Assembly: GCF_006345805.1 (NCBI RefSeq) | Contig: NC_043000.1 | Location: 133,300,001 to 133,364,000 of the forward strand | Reading direction: 5' to 3' | DNA length: 64,000 nt | Source: Octopus sinensis | Taxonomy: Eukaryota | Shown: positions 12,736-51,105 of the stretch, piece after piece | Layout: each line of letters begins with the position of its first letter | Numbering within the stretch: position 1 is the stretch's first letter | Translations under genes and position numbers: made by a program | Notes under the pieces: model-generated | What the model was told of the DNA's origin: nothing | The model's database searches: none | What the model saw: only the letters and a program-made list of their open reading frames with translations

Positions 12736-13640
12736 ATCATCACATTTAACGTCCACTTTCCAAGCTGGCATGGGTTGGACAGTTTGACTGAGGGCTGGCG
12801 AGCCAGAAGGCTGCACCAGGTCCAATCTCATCTGGCAAAGTTTCTACAGCTGGATGCCCTCCCTAACACCAACCACTCCGAGAGTGTAATGGGTACTTTT
12901 ACATGCCACCAACATGAAGGCCAGTCAAGGGGTACTGGCATCAGCCACACTCAAATGATGCTTTTTACGTGCCACCTGCACAGGAGCCAGTCTGGTAGCA
13001 GTGGCAACGATCATACTCAAATGGTGTTTTTTATGTGCCAATGGCACAGGAGCCAGTCAGGTAATGCTGGCAGTGATCACACTCGAATGGTGCTTTTAAT
13101 GTTCCACAGGCACAGGTACCAATCAGGTGGTACTGTCATTGGCCAATACATTGATTTCACTTCCCTCAACAGGTCTTTGCAAGCATAGTTTATTGTCCAA
13201 TGATTGAAGAGTACTCTTAAATGGGTTGGTTATACAGCATTGGCATAGGCCACAGTTATAGTCTCACTTGGCTTGCCGGGTCTTATCAAGCACAGCATAT
13301 CTCCAAAAGTTTCGGTCACTTGTCATTGCCTCAGTGAGGCCCAATGTTCAAAGGTCGTGCTTCACCACCTCATCCCAGGTCTTCCTGAATCTACCCCTTC
13401 CACAGGTTCCATCAACTGCTAGGGTGTGACACTTTTTCACACAGCTGTCTTCATTCATTTGCAACACATGACCATACCAGTGCAGTCGTCTCTCTTGCAC
13501 ACATCTGATCCTTCTTAAGTCCAACTTTTCTCTCAGGGTGCTTACACTCTGCAGTGTATGCACACTGACATTACACATCCAGTGGAGCATACTGGCTTCA
13601 TTCCTTGCCAGCTTACACATGTCCTTAGCAGGACATGAGA
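12736..13640 (-). mobile_element. RTE LINE 3' fragment between the two genes
   Basis: RRLHWYGHVLQM...GRGRFRKTWDEVVKHDL plus the same 3' UTR and tail as 20800-22590. Confidence 0.85.
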
Positions 13641-14436
13641 TTTATTTATTGTTATTACCATATTTGATAGCATTAAATATGTACAGACATATTTGACGCA
13701 CTCCAATTTTAGCTGCGCCTATCCATAAAAAAGATTTTTAGTGCATTAAAACATGTAATGTAGGTCAAGTCTTGCAGATTGGACCTGGGGTGATTTTTTG
13801 GTGGTGGGGGTTGGGGTATGTAGCTCATAAGCCATCAAATATAATATTAAAATATATTAACTTGCTGCACTTGCTTTAGTAGTAGCAAATTGGAGCAATA
13901 CAGAAAAGACTAATATATAGTAATTTGTTAATTAATGAAGGACAAATTTTACATAGGCATGCATTAATATAAAAATCATGAAGATAGATATTTTAAACTC
14001 TGATTAAATATAAAAAAAAAGATGTACAATTCCAATGTAAGTTTATTTGATATTTAGATATTTATTCAATCAGTGTGTATGATTTACAAGAAACTAAACA
14101 TTTTGATGGTATTTTGAATATTTGTTATTAAAAAAAAAGTACCAAATTAGATTTCGTTTTTGGATTTGGTTTGCAAGATAATAAAAATACAATGATAAAA
14201 TTCAGCCCAAAGTGAACAAGTAGAATTCAGTGGGCAACCCAATCATGAAAAGAAAAAAAATCATGATAGACAACTATAATGATTAATGATTTTAGATATT
14301 CCTTTTTTGTTAGTATTAAAATAAGATTCTTCCCTCACCTACACCATTTTTTTATAACCAATTAATGCAATTAGAATTTGAATAAATTCTAATTCCCACA
14401 CACAATTGAAAAAACTTATAGTTGAGATTGATTATT

Positions 14437-40776
<26,340 letters not shown>

Positions 40777-41817
40777 GTTACAACTGAAAGAAGAGAATTA
40801 TTCTTATTCAGTTCTGTGTGTGTGTGTGTGTGTGCATGTGCACATAAGATTGCTTCATGGATTAATTAGAAGGGTTTGTGAAAGTAGCTTTCCACACAGC
40901 TGAACATCTAAAACAATAATACTTACATCATCATGGTCTATTTAGAAAGACATCTGTTATGTCCATGCAAATGAGTTTATTTGACTCGCTTTCAGTAAGT
41001 GACATAATATTTCTAGAAACCAATTGCAGCGTGGAAGGTGGTTATAAGTTATTATGAAACACACAAAAACCGTTAGATTCACTTCAACATTTAAATTTAA
41101 ATGTTGAAGTGAATCTAGAGGTTTTTGTGCATTTTTTAAATGGTTTATAAACACCTTCCACGCTGCAATTGTTTTCGTTCCAGCACACGATTTCAGAACA
41201 GGTCACTTGCTATGCAAGTACATCTCCGTAATTTCTAGAAACTTTTCTCAGAAAATCAAACATGTTAGTGCCCACATTACATGTTGTGTATTAAGATATT
41301 ATGGCTAACTTCATTGAAACAACAGAATATGCAGAAGCCTTGCTGCAACTCTATTTGCATATAATTTCTATAGATCTCCCCCAAAAATGCGATGTAACAT
41401 GTGTTTGCAGTTCATCATTTTTTCTACTTTCTATTACCACTTTTATAGATTTTTGTAAGTATACCTAATTGACAGGCATCCGTAGCAAGAAAAGAAGGTT
41501 CAATAAAAATAACCTAAAATAATTGCAATGAAGTACATTTTGGTAATCAAAACATTTAATCACATTAATAAAAATTTCTGGATTACAGCAAATCTATAAA
41601 TTTGCTATAATCCAAAAATTGCTCAATAAAAGTGAACAACAATAGGCGTAGGAGTGGCTGTGTGGTAAGTAGCTTACTTACGAACCACATGATCCCGGGT
41701 TCAGTCCCACTGCGTGTCACCTTGGGCAAGTGTCTTCTACTATAGCCTCGGGCCAACCAAAGCCTTGTGAGTGGATTTGGTAGACAGAAACTGAAAGAAG
41801 GCCATCGTATATATATA

Positions 41818-41848
<31 letters not shown>

Positions 41849-42060
41849 ACAAGGAGAAAATTTTAAAAACATTTACTCTTAATACTTTTTTTTGCGGTTG
41901 AAGCCTTAGCTGCTATTTCTAGTGGGTTGAACGGCCTATTATGGCCGTTCCTTAATTTTGCTGTTGAATTTATTAATAGTCTTTGACTATTTCCTTTATC
42001 CCACTAGACCGCTGGTGGCAAATAATTTCTGCTGAATTTTTTGCTACCCTATATTGATTA

Positions 42061-42110
<50 letters not shown>

Positions 42111-42200
42111 ATATATGATAGATCGTTAGCTACTACACACATTTTTTTTCTCTCCTTGTTTTTTTCTGCCTTCGTCTTTTGTTTATTTTGTAAACTTTAC

Positions 42201-42253
<53 letters not shown>

Positions 42254-43405
42254 TATATGTGCATGTGTGTATATGTTTGTGTGTCTGTGTTTGTCCCCCC
42301 AACATTGCTTGACAACCGATGCTGGTGTGTTTACATCCCCATAACTTGGCAGTTCAGCAAAAGAGACCGCTATAAGAACTAGTAGGCTTACAAAGAATAA
42401 GTCCTGAGGTCGATTTGCTCGACTAAATGGCGGTGCTCCAGCATGGCTACAGCCAAATGACTGAAACAAGTAAAAGAGTAACAATATAAAATGTGGCAGA
42501 TGAATTGCAACAATAAAAAGTAATTTTTTCCCATGCAATTACAACTGAAATGACACATAAGTATTTACCAAAACAAGAATGTTTATTTTTTCTTTTGTTT
42601 ATTTTTTAGTGTACAATATCTAAAGAAGAAATCTGTCTAGAAGCTGATAAAGCATTAGAGATAGCAGACAAAGCAATAGAGATAGAGAGAAAAGTGTCTA
42701 TGTATTCTTTGCAAGTCTCTGGTGGCAATAACAAGATGAGCCAGTGAGGATGATGGAGATTGGGAAATAGAGAGTGTCTTCATTGCATGAAAGGAGCAAG
42801 GAAAAGCAAGCCTCAGAGAAAAATGTCAAAAAGGGCTCCCTTTGAAACGTACCACTGGTTCAAGAGTTTCTTCAGCAAATTACTGAAAGCGCCAAAAAGC
42901 AAGCAAGCTGATTGGCTGGCAGTCCCCCCAAAACAGTCATGTGACTTGTTTATAAGTCATCTGCTAAAACCGTGCAATTAAATTCGTGTTTTTCGCTGGT
43001 CGCCGGAAAGTTAGATATGAAATGATAGTGCAATAGAATATAGTCACATTAATACGTATGTGTACATGAGTCCGTGCAACATTGAGCAACCGAAACAGAC
43101 ACAACCAAAGCACACTATTATGAAAATTCGAAAGATAATTGCGCTTGTGTGTCTGTTCGACAGAGCCTTAGAAAGCTAGTGTCTGCTTCATAAAGGACAG
43201 GTTTTTGCAGTTCCCTTTACATATTAGCGCTTTGCCGTAGGATCGCATCCACGGCTATACCTGCGCCCTAGCTAGCCTTTTAGTTTGAGGTTTCACTGTT
43301 TTAGATAATCCCTAAGTTTGCTGCACAAAGAGAATGAAAAAGAAAGGATTTGTAGTAAGAACAAAACCCCAAAAAAGGTACTCTTAGGAAGCTGGGTATT
43401 CGCCA

Positions 43406-43719
43406 ATAGATGCTTTTTATGTGTCAACTTTGTAATTTACGAGAATGAAAAGTGAACTAATCCTTAAAAAATTTCGAAGATAGAAAAACGAGAATTAGAC
43501 AACTAAAGGCGTCATATATAACTAGTTTTATTACACATATAACACGTATGTATATAATATAGATATATTATATACATACGTGTTATATGTGTAATAAAAC
43601 TAGTCATATGTGACGCCTTTAGTTGTCTAATTCTCGTTTTTCTATCTTCGAAATCTTTTAAGGATTGGTTCACTTTTCATTCTCGTGAATTACAGAGTTG
43701 ACACATAAAAAGCATCTAT
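43406..43719. repeat. 314-bp near-perfect palindrome (fold-back element)
   Basis: 156-bp arms, 2-nt loop, 6 mismatches. Confidence 0.9.
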
Positions 43720-46558
43720 GCAAGATCACACTAAAATACAAAACCTAAAGAATAGTCATGATTCCCCTTTCATGTTTCCACAAAAAAGGAAAAGAAAAAA
43801 AAGCGGAAAAAAGGAGAAAAAATTATAACTAGTGTTATAATTCAAATTAAAAAAATATTTCTGTTATTTAAAGAAAATTATATTCTCTTTTACTTGTTGC
43901 AGTCATTTGACTGCGGCCATGATGGAGCACCGACTTTAGTCGAGCAAATCGACCCCAGGACTTATTCTTCGTAAGCCTAATACTTATTCTATCGGTCGCT
44001 TTTACCGAACCGCTAAGTTACGGGGACGTAAACACACAAACATCGGTTGTCAAGCGATGTTGGGGGGGGGACAAACACAGACACACAAATATAAACACAC
44101 ACATACATATATACGACGGGCTTCTTTCAGTTTCCGTCTACCAAATCCACTCACAAGGCTTTAGTCGGCCCGAAGCTATAGTAGAAGACACTTGCCCAAG
44201 GTGCCACGCAGAGGGAACGAACCCGGAACCATGTTGTTGGTAAGCAAGCTAACCTGCGCCTATATATATATATATATATATATAAAATTTTAAGTGAACA
44301 CTTCCTATAATTGTAATGCAACTTACCGTGAAAAATTTAACAGTCTCATATTTTCTCAAAGTTAGTACTTTGTTTCTTCTTGCTTGCTGTTATCTTTAAG
44401 TGTAAAAAGTAGAATTTCTGCTCCGACCAATGGAAAATAGAACATTTGTTTCTATATTAACTGATAGATCTAATTATCTCCCTTGCATCCTCTATGCAAC
44501 ATTTGGTCTTGTTTACTTTCCGCTTGACGTAATATTTTACATTGTATTTACTTAGTAACGATTATAGATACTAATGGCGGTAGATTGGCTGAAGTGTTAG
44601 AGGCGGTGGTGATGTAGAATTGTAGAACATTGGATAAAATGTTTTGCGACTGTGATGTTTAGTTACGTCCCTTTACGCTCCGAGTTCAAATCGCGCTGAG
44701 ATCAACTTCGGTTTTCATTATTCTGGAGTCAATGAAAAAAGTACCAGTCTGTCACTGAAGTCGATATAATGGACAATGCCCTCCTCTAAATTTACAGGCC
44801 TCATGTATATGAATGATGGTACATAAATATCTACCATAATGTGTTTCTTATACTATGTATTCTTTGAAGGCGGTGAGCTGGCAGAAACGTTAGCGCGCCG
44901 GGCGAAATGCTGAGCGGTATCTCGTCTGTCGTTACGTTCTGAGTTCAAATTCCGCCGAGGTCGACTTTGCCTTTCATCCTTTCGAGGTCGATAAATTAAG
45001 TACCAGTTAAGCACTGGGGTCGATGTAATCGATTTAATCCGTTTGTTTGTCATTGTTTGTCCCTTCTGTGTAGTACCCTTGTGGGTAGTAAAGAAATAGG
45101 TATTTCGTCTGTCGTTACGTTCTGAGTTCAAATTCTGCCGAGGTCGACTTTGCCTTTCATCATTTCGGGGTCGATAAATAAAGTACCAGTTTCGTACTGT
45201 CTGTTCTTGTTTGTCCCCTCTATGTTTAGCCCCTTGTGGGCATATACTATACTATATATTCTCTGGTTTCTTAGAGCGGAAAAAATCGGGTCCTGATCTA
45301 TTTGATTTTCAAGAGAGCAAAAAGAGAACAAATTGCTGTAAAGTAAGAAAAGCAAAAGTGCCTAGAATATGCATTACATGCAAAGATAGGGATAAAAATA
45401 TATCTTTCTAGAAAGTGACCGAGACAGACAAGACATACTCCATTTCATGTGGCTTTCACTGGGAGAAAGCGAAAAATTTTTTAAATAATTGTTAAATAAT
45501 ACATTATGTTTCAGATGTTTATAGGACTATGGGCTCTTTTTCAATCAAAACATACATGCTTTCTGAAAAATGAGAACAAGATTGAAGTTAGATATATGTA
45601 AGCCGTTAATATAAAAAATACATTACGAAGTAAGGCGGAAGTAAAAAACAAATTTCCTGAACGTGAATGTTTCTTGTCCTCTGAGAATATTTGTTTTTAT
45701 ACTGATATTTGCATTTTGCATTGAAATTGAAGTTGTATCAATGCAACTAATACATAATCAATTTAAAAGATTTTTTTTCAGCGCGTAAATACTGATAGAA
45801 CAGCATATAGAGGATAAAATCCTTACATAGGCGTATGAATGGCTGTGTGGTAAGTAGCTTGCTTACCAACCACATGGTTCCGGGTTCAGTCCCACTGCGT
45901 GGCACTTTGGGCAAGTGTCTTCTACTATAGCCTCGGGCCGACCAAAACCTTGTGAGAGGATTTGGTAGACGGAAACTGAAAGAATCCCGTCGTATATATA
46001 TATAATATATATATGTGTGAGTGTGTGTGTGTGTGTGCATGTTTGTGTGTCTGTGTTTGTCCCCCCAACATTGCTTGACAACCGATGCTGGTGTGTTTAC
46101 GTCTCCATAACTTAGCGGTTCGGCAAAGAGATCGATAGAATAAGGCTTACAAAGAATAAGTCCTGGGGTCGATTAGCTCGACTAAAGGCAGTGCTCCTGC
46201 ATGGCCACTGTAAAAAATGACTGAAAAAGCAAAGGATTTTATCCTATATAACCTATTTTATCAGTACTTCACGCGTTGAAAAAAATATATCTTTCTACTT
46301 GTATTACAATATATTTCAGCGTTTCAAAAACAAACCCATGAAACTCCGATGTCAGCTGACTTGGCAGACACCCATAAAATTATTAACCATCTTACAAACA
46401 ATAACTCTGAGCACCTTTTCAAATTCCACCTGTCTAACACCCGTGGACATGTTTACAAAGTCAGAAAACAGCACAGCTCCCATGACTTTCGGAAACATTT
46501 TTTCACACTAAGAGTTGCTGAAGTATGGAACAAACTGCCGGCATCAGTTGTTAGTTGT

Positions 46559-46808
46559 TGTTGTTGTTGTTGTTGTTGTTATATATATATAATGTATTGA
46601 GTATTAAAGGAAGTAGTGAGTATTTAGTATGAAAGATTAAGAAAATGAGAGAGACTGAAACAACGTGTTAACGATACGAGATACTTTATTCGACTGCCGT
46701 TGTTGTACAAGTTAATTGTTTTGGCGGGAAACAAAGTGAAAGTCCTTTTATCAAGGGAGACAATGGGCGACGTTGATTGTTCATGTTTGTTGTGATGATT
46801 ATATAACA
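46559..46808 (-). repeat. 3' LTR (250 bp, includes 4 extra TGT units)
   Basis: Same sequence as 50868-51105 apart from the terminal (TGT)n length; AATAAA on - strand at 46685-46690. Confidence 0.95.
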
Positions 46809-46832
46809 TCTTCCCTTTTTTTTTTTTTTTAA
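46809..46832 (-). promoter_or_regulatory. Polypurine tract (A-run + GGGAAGA)
   Basis: Directly abuts the 3' LTR on the - strand. Confidence 0.85.
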
Positions 46833-46842
46833 TTTTTTTATA

Positions 46843-48129
46843 TCATCTGTATCTACAGGGAATAATTATTCGTCGTCCACTTTTTGTGGTTTTATTATTT
46901 TGTAGTGTTGAATTCTGTAGTTGTGCTGTTTTTGTTTTTTCATGCGTGTTTGTTGACTTTGGAAATATATTTTCATAATCTAATTCTTCTGTTATGCGAA
47001 CGTGTTCGTTTGTTTTAAGAATATGTTGTCTATTTCGTTTGACTGTATTTCCTTCCTCTGTTATTACTAAGTATGAACGAGGTTGCTCTAGTTTTTTAAT
47101 TATTTTGCCCCTTCTAAACCAATTGTTGTTAAACTTAATTCTAACCGTGTCGTGTGGTTTTAACTCTGGGAGTTCTGTTGTAATGTTTGATTTCTTCTTT
47201 TCGTGAGGCCTGATACCAATTTTGTCGTGTAGTATGTTTGGGAGATTTGTTCGCAATGTTCTATTCATTATTTGATTTGCAGGGGATGGTGCACCATTTT
47301 GTAATTTAGTCGTGCGTAATGCTAAGAGCGCTAACTGAGGTTCTTCGTCACTTTTGAATGCCTTTTTTAGCGTCTTTTTTATTGTCTGTATATTTCTCTC
47401 AACCATGCCATTCGCTTGATGATAATGCGGGCTTGTCTTCGTGTGATGAAAATGCCAATTTTTTGCAAATTTTTTGAATTCAGCCGAATTGAATTCTGGA
47501 CCGTTGTCACTTACAACTGTTTGCGGAATTCCGAATTTAGCAAAAGTTTCTTTTAATTTTTTGATTACGGTTTTTGACTGGCAATCATTTATTTCGTGTA
47601 GATCAAAAAATCTTGTTGTATAGTCAATAATTGTGACATACGAATTTCCAGACAGGTGAAATACGTCTGTACCCACTTTGGTCCATGGTGTAGTAGGTAT
47701 TTCATGATTTATTAGTGGTTCGGCTGCTTGTTGATTTTTGTAGTCAATGCAGTATGAGCATGTGTTAATCATGTCTTTGATTTGAGCGTTAATGCCGGGC
47801 CAGTATATACATTCCTTCGCTCTCTCTATGCATTTTTCGATACCCATGTGTCCGGTATGTATTTCCTGTAGAGCTTCTCTACGTAATGACTTAGGTACAA
47901 TTATTCTTGAACCTTTTAGAACGAGACCATTGACGATTGATATTTCATCACGAACGGATACGAATGGTTTGATGTTTATTGGTATTTTGTCTTTTGGGGG
48001 CCATTCTGTTCTTGTATATGTGACGAGTGTCTGTAGAGACGGGTCGTCTGCAGTGGCTTCTTTATACTCTTTTAATTTAGTGTCGGTTATGGGGTAATTT
48101 TTTATTACTGCATGAATGTGCGATTTCAT
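46843..48129 (-). CDS. pol: Integrase (continuation of pol after a frameshift at 48268-48275)
   Basis: HxGH...CxxC zinc finger; GTDVF, SDNGPEF, ANGMVER (DDE triad). Confidence 0.95.
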   Translation of the reverse strand: MKSHIHAVIKNYPITDTKLKEYKEATADDPSLQTLVTYTRTEWPPKDKIPINIKPFVSVRDEISIVNGLVLKGSRIIVPKSLRREALQEIHTGHMGIEKCIERAKECIYWPGINAQIKDMINTCSYCIDYKNQQAAEPLINHEIPTTPWTKVGTDVFHLSGNSYVTIIDYTTRFFDLHEINDCQSKTVIKKLKETFAKFGIPQTVVSDNGPEFNSAEFKKFAKNWHFHHTKTSPHYHQANGMVERNIQTIKKTLKKAFKSDEEPQLALLALRTTKLQNGAPSPANQIMNRTLRTNLPNILHDKIGIRPHEKKKSNITTELPELKPHDTVRIKFNNNWFRRGKIIKKLEQPRSYLVITEEGNTVKRNRQHILKTNEHVRITEELDYENIFPKSTNTHEKTKTAQLQNSTLQNNKTTKSGRRIIIPCRYR

Positions 48130-48229
48130 ATCTTCGTCTGATACTTCTGGAGTATTTTGCTCAAGGTATGCACGTGATAGGGTATCTGCAACAATTGATT
48201 CTTTACCAGGTATGTGGTTTAGGTCAAAA

Positions 48230-50251
48230 TCATATCTTTGTAATGTTAGTAGAAATCTTTGGATTCTGGGGGGGGCATTTAGTGATCGATTTTTTGAATA
48301 TTTGCTTCAACGGTTTATGGTCATTTTCGATTCTGAAATGAGTTCCGTATATAAACTGATGAAATTTCTTGCATGCGAAAACTATACTGAGAGCTTCGCT
48401 CTCTATCGGACAGTAGTTTTGTTCCGCTTGAGTTGTTGCACGAGATGCAAACGAAACAGGTAGCCATCTTTCGTTGTGTTTCTGCTCAAGTATCGCTCCG
48501 AGCCCATGCTTACTAGCATCTGTAGTTATTTTTATTGGTAGATCTGGATCATAAAATTGTAGCACTGGTTTTCTGGTAATCATTTCTTTTAGCTTTTTTA
48601 TTGCTTCGATTTGTGGTTTGTCGAATGACCATAACGTGTCACTCTGTAGAAGCTGGCGCAATGGTGCTGTGACTTCGGAGTAATTAGATAAAAATTTACA
48701 TAGGTAATTTGTCATACCTAGGAATCTTTGTAATTCTTTTTTACTTGTTGGCAGTGGCATGTGAATGATTGCTTGTACCTTGGTTGGATCTTGTTTTATC
48801 CCTTCGCTGGTTAATATATGCCCAAGGTACTTGATTTGTGATTCATAGAAGATACACTTTGATTTATTTAACTTTAATCCGTGCTTTCGGATTCGATCGA
48901 AAACTTGTTGTAGTCTATTTGTGTGTTCTTCTAAAGTGTTGGACCAGATTATGATGTCATCCTGTGAATTTCTTGCTCCTTCTATGCCCTCTATTATTTT
49001 TGAAATTTCTTTTTGGAAAACTTCACTGGCGCTGTGAATTCCAAAGGGTAGTCGTGTGAAGCGATACCTTCCAAAAGGTGTGTTGAACGTTAAAAGATGG
49101 GAGCTTTCTTCGTCAACTGGAATTTGCCAGTATCCATTAGATGCATCGAGTTTTGAAAAATATTTAGGGTTATGCATTTGTGCAAAAATGTCCTCCGCTG
49201 TAGGGAGTTTGAAATGTTGCCTTTTTATGGCTTTGTTTAGATTCTTGGGGTCTAAACAGAGTCGGAGTTTTCCGTTGGCTTTTTCAACGATGACTAGGGA
49301 ATTTACCCAGTCTGTAGGTTCACTAACAGGTTTTATGATATCTAATTCTGTCATTCTTTTTAATTCTTTGTTGAGTTTTTCTTTTATAGAAAAAGGAACC
49401 GATCTTGGTGGATGAATTACAGGAGTTATTTGTGGATCCACTGTGATATGATGTGTTATTGACAAAGTGCCGATTTCTCCGAAACAGTCTTCATATTTTT
49501 CTAATATGTCGTTTGTGTTCGACGAATTTATTTTTGAAATTCTCTGAATTAGGTTCAGATCTTTAGCTGTCTTTGCATCTATAACTGCGTGCGAGTTTGT
49601 TTTTGCAACAATGAATTTTATTTGCTTTGATAATTCTTTGTATTTAATGACTGCTGTGCATTTTCCTAGCACTTTTATAGCTGTGTTATTATAAGCTGAT
49701 AATCGAGTTGAAGTTTTTTGCAGTTGTGGTTTTGGAATTATATTTCTATATTCTCTGAATGGCAGTACGGTTACGTCTGCTCCTGTATCTATTTTGAATG
49801 TTACATTCGAGTTGTTCACTTTTAGTTCGACCGTCCAAATGTCTTTTGGAGTCTTGAACTTTTCGATTTTGTGCACGCGGGAATTATTTGCAGTGATCAT
49901 TTCGAGTGCATGTGTATCGTCATCTGATTCATCGTCGGTATGTATCTCTACTTTATGTACAAATTTTCTTGATTTGCACATTTTTGCATAGTGTCCTTGT
50001 TTCTTGCATTTTTCACATGTCTTGTGAAATGCTGGGCATTTATTTCTTTTGTGATTATAACCACAATAGTGACAGTTAGTGACGTAGTGTTGACTTGGCG
50101 CTTGAAACTTCGCGGGCTTTCTGTCACTTCCGCCTGTTCGTTTTGATGTCTGGATTGCATATGGCGGGTTATTTGGGTTTTGGCGCCTTTTCTCTGTCGT
50201 GTTGACTATATACCCTCGAGATTTCGTTATCTCTTGTTTCGGATGTGGCAT
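48230..50251 (-). CDS. pol: Gag zinc knuckles + protease + reverse transcriptase + RNase H
   Basis: CxxC-H-C knuckles; FKIDTGADV; LRLCLDP; SKLDASNGYWQI; SQDDIII; TDAS...NDHKPL. Confidence 0.95.
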   Translation of the reverse strand: MPHPKQEITKSRGYIVNTTEKRRQNPNNPPYAIQTSKRTGGSDRKPAKFQAPSQHYVTNCHYCGYNHKRNKCPAFHKTCEKCKKQGHYAKMCKSRKFVHKVEIHTDDESDDDTHALEMITANNSRVHKIEKFKTPKDIWTVELKVNNSNVTFKIDTGADVTVLPFREYRNIIPKPQLQKTSTRLSAYNNTAIKVLGKCTAVIKYKELSKQIKFIVAKTNSHAVIDAKTAKDLNLIQRISKINSSNTNDILEKYEDCFGEIGTLSITHHITVDPQITPVIHPPRSVPFSIKEKLNKELKRMTELDIIKPVSEPTDWVNSLVIVEKANGKLRLCLDPKNLNKAIKRQHFKLPTAEDIFAQMHNPKYFSKLDASNGYWQIPVDEESSHLLTFNTPFGRYRFTRLPFGIHSASEVFQKEISKIIEGIEGARNSQDDIIIWSNTLEEHTNRLQQVFDRIRKHGLKLNKSKCIFYESQIKYLGHILTSEGIKQDPTKVQAIIHMPLPTSKKELQRFLGMTNYLCKFLSNYSEVTAPLRQLLQSDTLWSFDKPQIEAIKKLKEMITRKPVLQFYDPDLPIKITTDASKHGLGAILEQKHNERWLPVSFASRATTQAEQNYCPIESEALSIVFACKKFHQFIYGTHFRIENDHKPLKQIFKKSITKCPPQNPKISTNITKI

Positions 50252-50813
50252 TTAGCATCCTTGATTGGAGTCGTGTTTGCTCTGCACTCTGACCTGCTTG
50301 AATTGTTTTTTGTAGGTCTAAATTTGGTTCTCTCAATAATCTTTCTCTTAATCTCATGTCTCTGATTCCACATATCAGAATATCTTTGGTGAGACTGTCT
50401 GTGAGGTTGCCGAATTCGCACTGTTGTGCCTTTTGGCGCAACTCTACTACGTACTCATCGAATTTTTGATGTTCCGCTTGTCCACATGTGAAGAATTTGT
50501 GTCTTAGGAAAGTTATGTTTTTCCTGGGTTCACAATATGCATCGAATTTTTCGATTACTGTCTGAAGGTTCATTTCTTCGTCGGGTGAATCGAAATCCAG
50601 TGTGGAATGGATATCTCGGCCTTTAGAACCGATGCAAGTTAAAAACATTGAAGTTTTTACTTTGTCTGGCTTCATGTCACTTTCTGTTGCTATCAAAAAG
50701 AGATTGAATTCTTTTTTCCACTTTTTCCATGCTGCGGCTAGATTTTCCTGATTAAAGTCTAGGTCTTTTGGATGCGGTAAATTTTCCATTTCGTCTTTGA
50801 AGTATGATTTCAA
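50169..50813 (-). CDS. gag: Gag (capsid part), 214 aa
   Basis: WKKWKKEFNLFL...FDAYCEPRKN...ICGIRD..LRERLL typical of Mag-like gag. Confidence 0.88.
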   Translation of the reverse strand: MKSYFKDEMENLPHPKDLDFNQENLAAAWKKWKKEFNLFLIATESDMKPDKVKTSMFLTCIGSKGRDIHSTLDFDSPDEEMNLQTVIEKFDAYCEPRKNITFLRHKFFTCGQAEHQKFDEYVVELRQKAQQCEFGNLTDSLTKDILICGIRDMRLRERLLREPNLDLQKTIQAGQSAEQTRLQSRMLNATSETRDNEISRVYSQHDREKAPKPK

Positions 50814-50856
50814 CTTCTTTTTTCCTTTGGTTTCTGTATTTTGGGTTCTTTTAGTA

Positions 50857-50867
50857 TTCTGACACCA
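50857..50867 (-). promoter_or_regulatory. Primer-binding site TGGTGTCAGAA (tRNA-Leu type)
   Basis: Directly abuts the 5' LTR; complementary to the ...TTCTGACACCA 3' end of tRNA-Leu(CAA). Confidence 0.85.
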
Positions 50868-51105
50868 TGTTGTTGTTATATATATATAATGTATTGAGTA
50901 TTAAAGGAAGTAGTGAGTATTTAGTATGAAAGATTAAGAAAATGAGAGAGACTGAAACAACGTGTTAACGATACGAGATACTTTATTCGACTGCCGTTGT
51001 TGTACAAGTTAATTGTTTTGGCGGGAAACAAAGTGAAAGTCCTTTTATCAAGGGAGACAATGGGCGACGTTGATTGTTCATGTTTGTTGTGATGATTATA
51101 TAACA
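50868..51105 (-). repeat. 5' LTR (238 bp)
   Basis: Matches the other LTR with no substitution I could see; TGT...ACA ends. Confidence 0.95.

Larger units (their letters stand above)
46559..51105 (-). mobile_element. Full-length Ty3/Gypsy LTR retrotransposon, probably Mag lineage
   Basis: Two TG...CA LTRs, 5-bp TSD GTTGT (46554-46558 and 51106-51110), PBS, PPT, domain order gag-CCHC-PR-RT-RNaseH-IN; it interrupts a CR1-type fragment whose halves rejoin exactly across the TSD. Confidence 0.97.
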
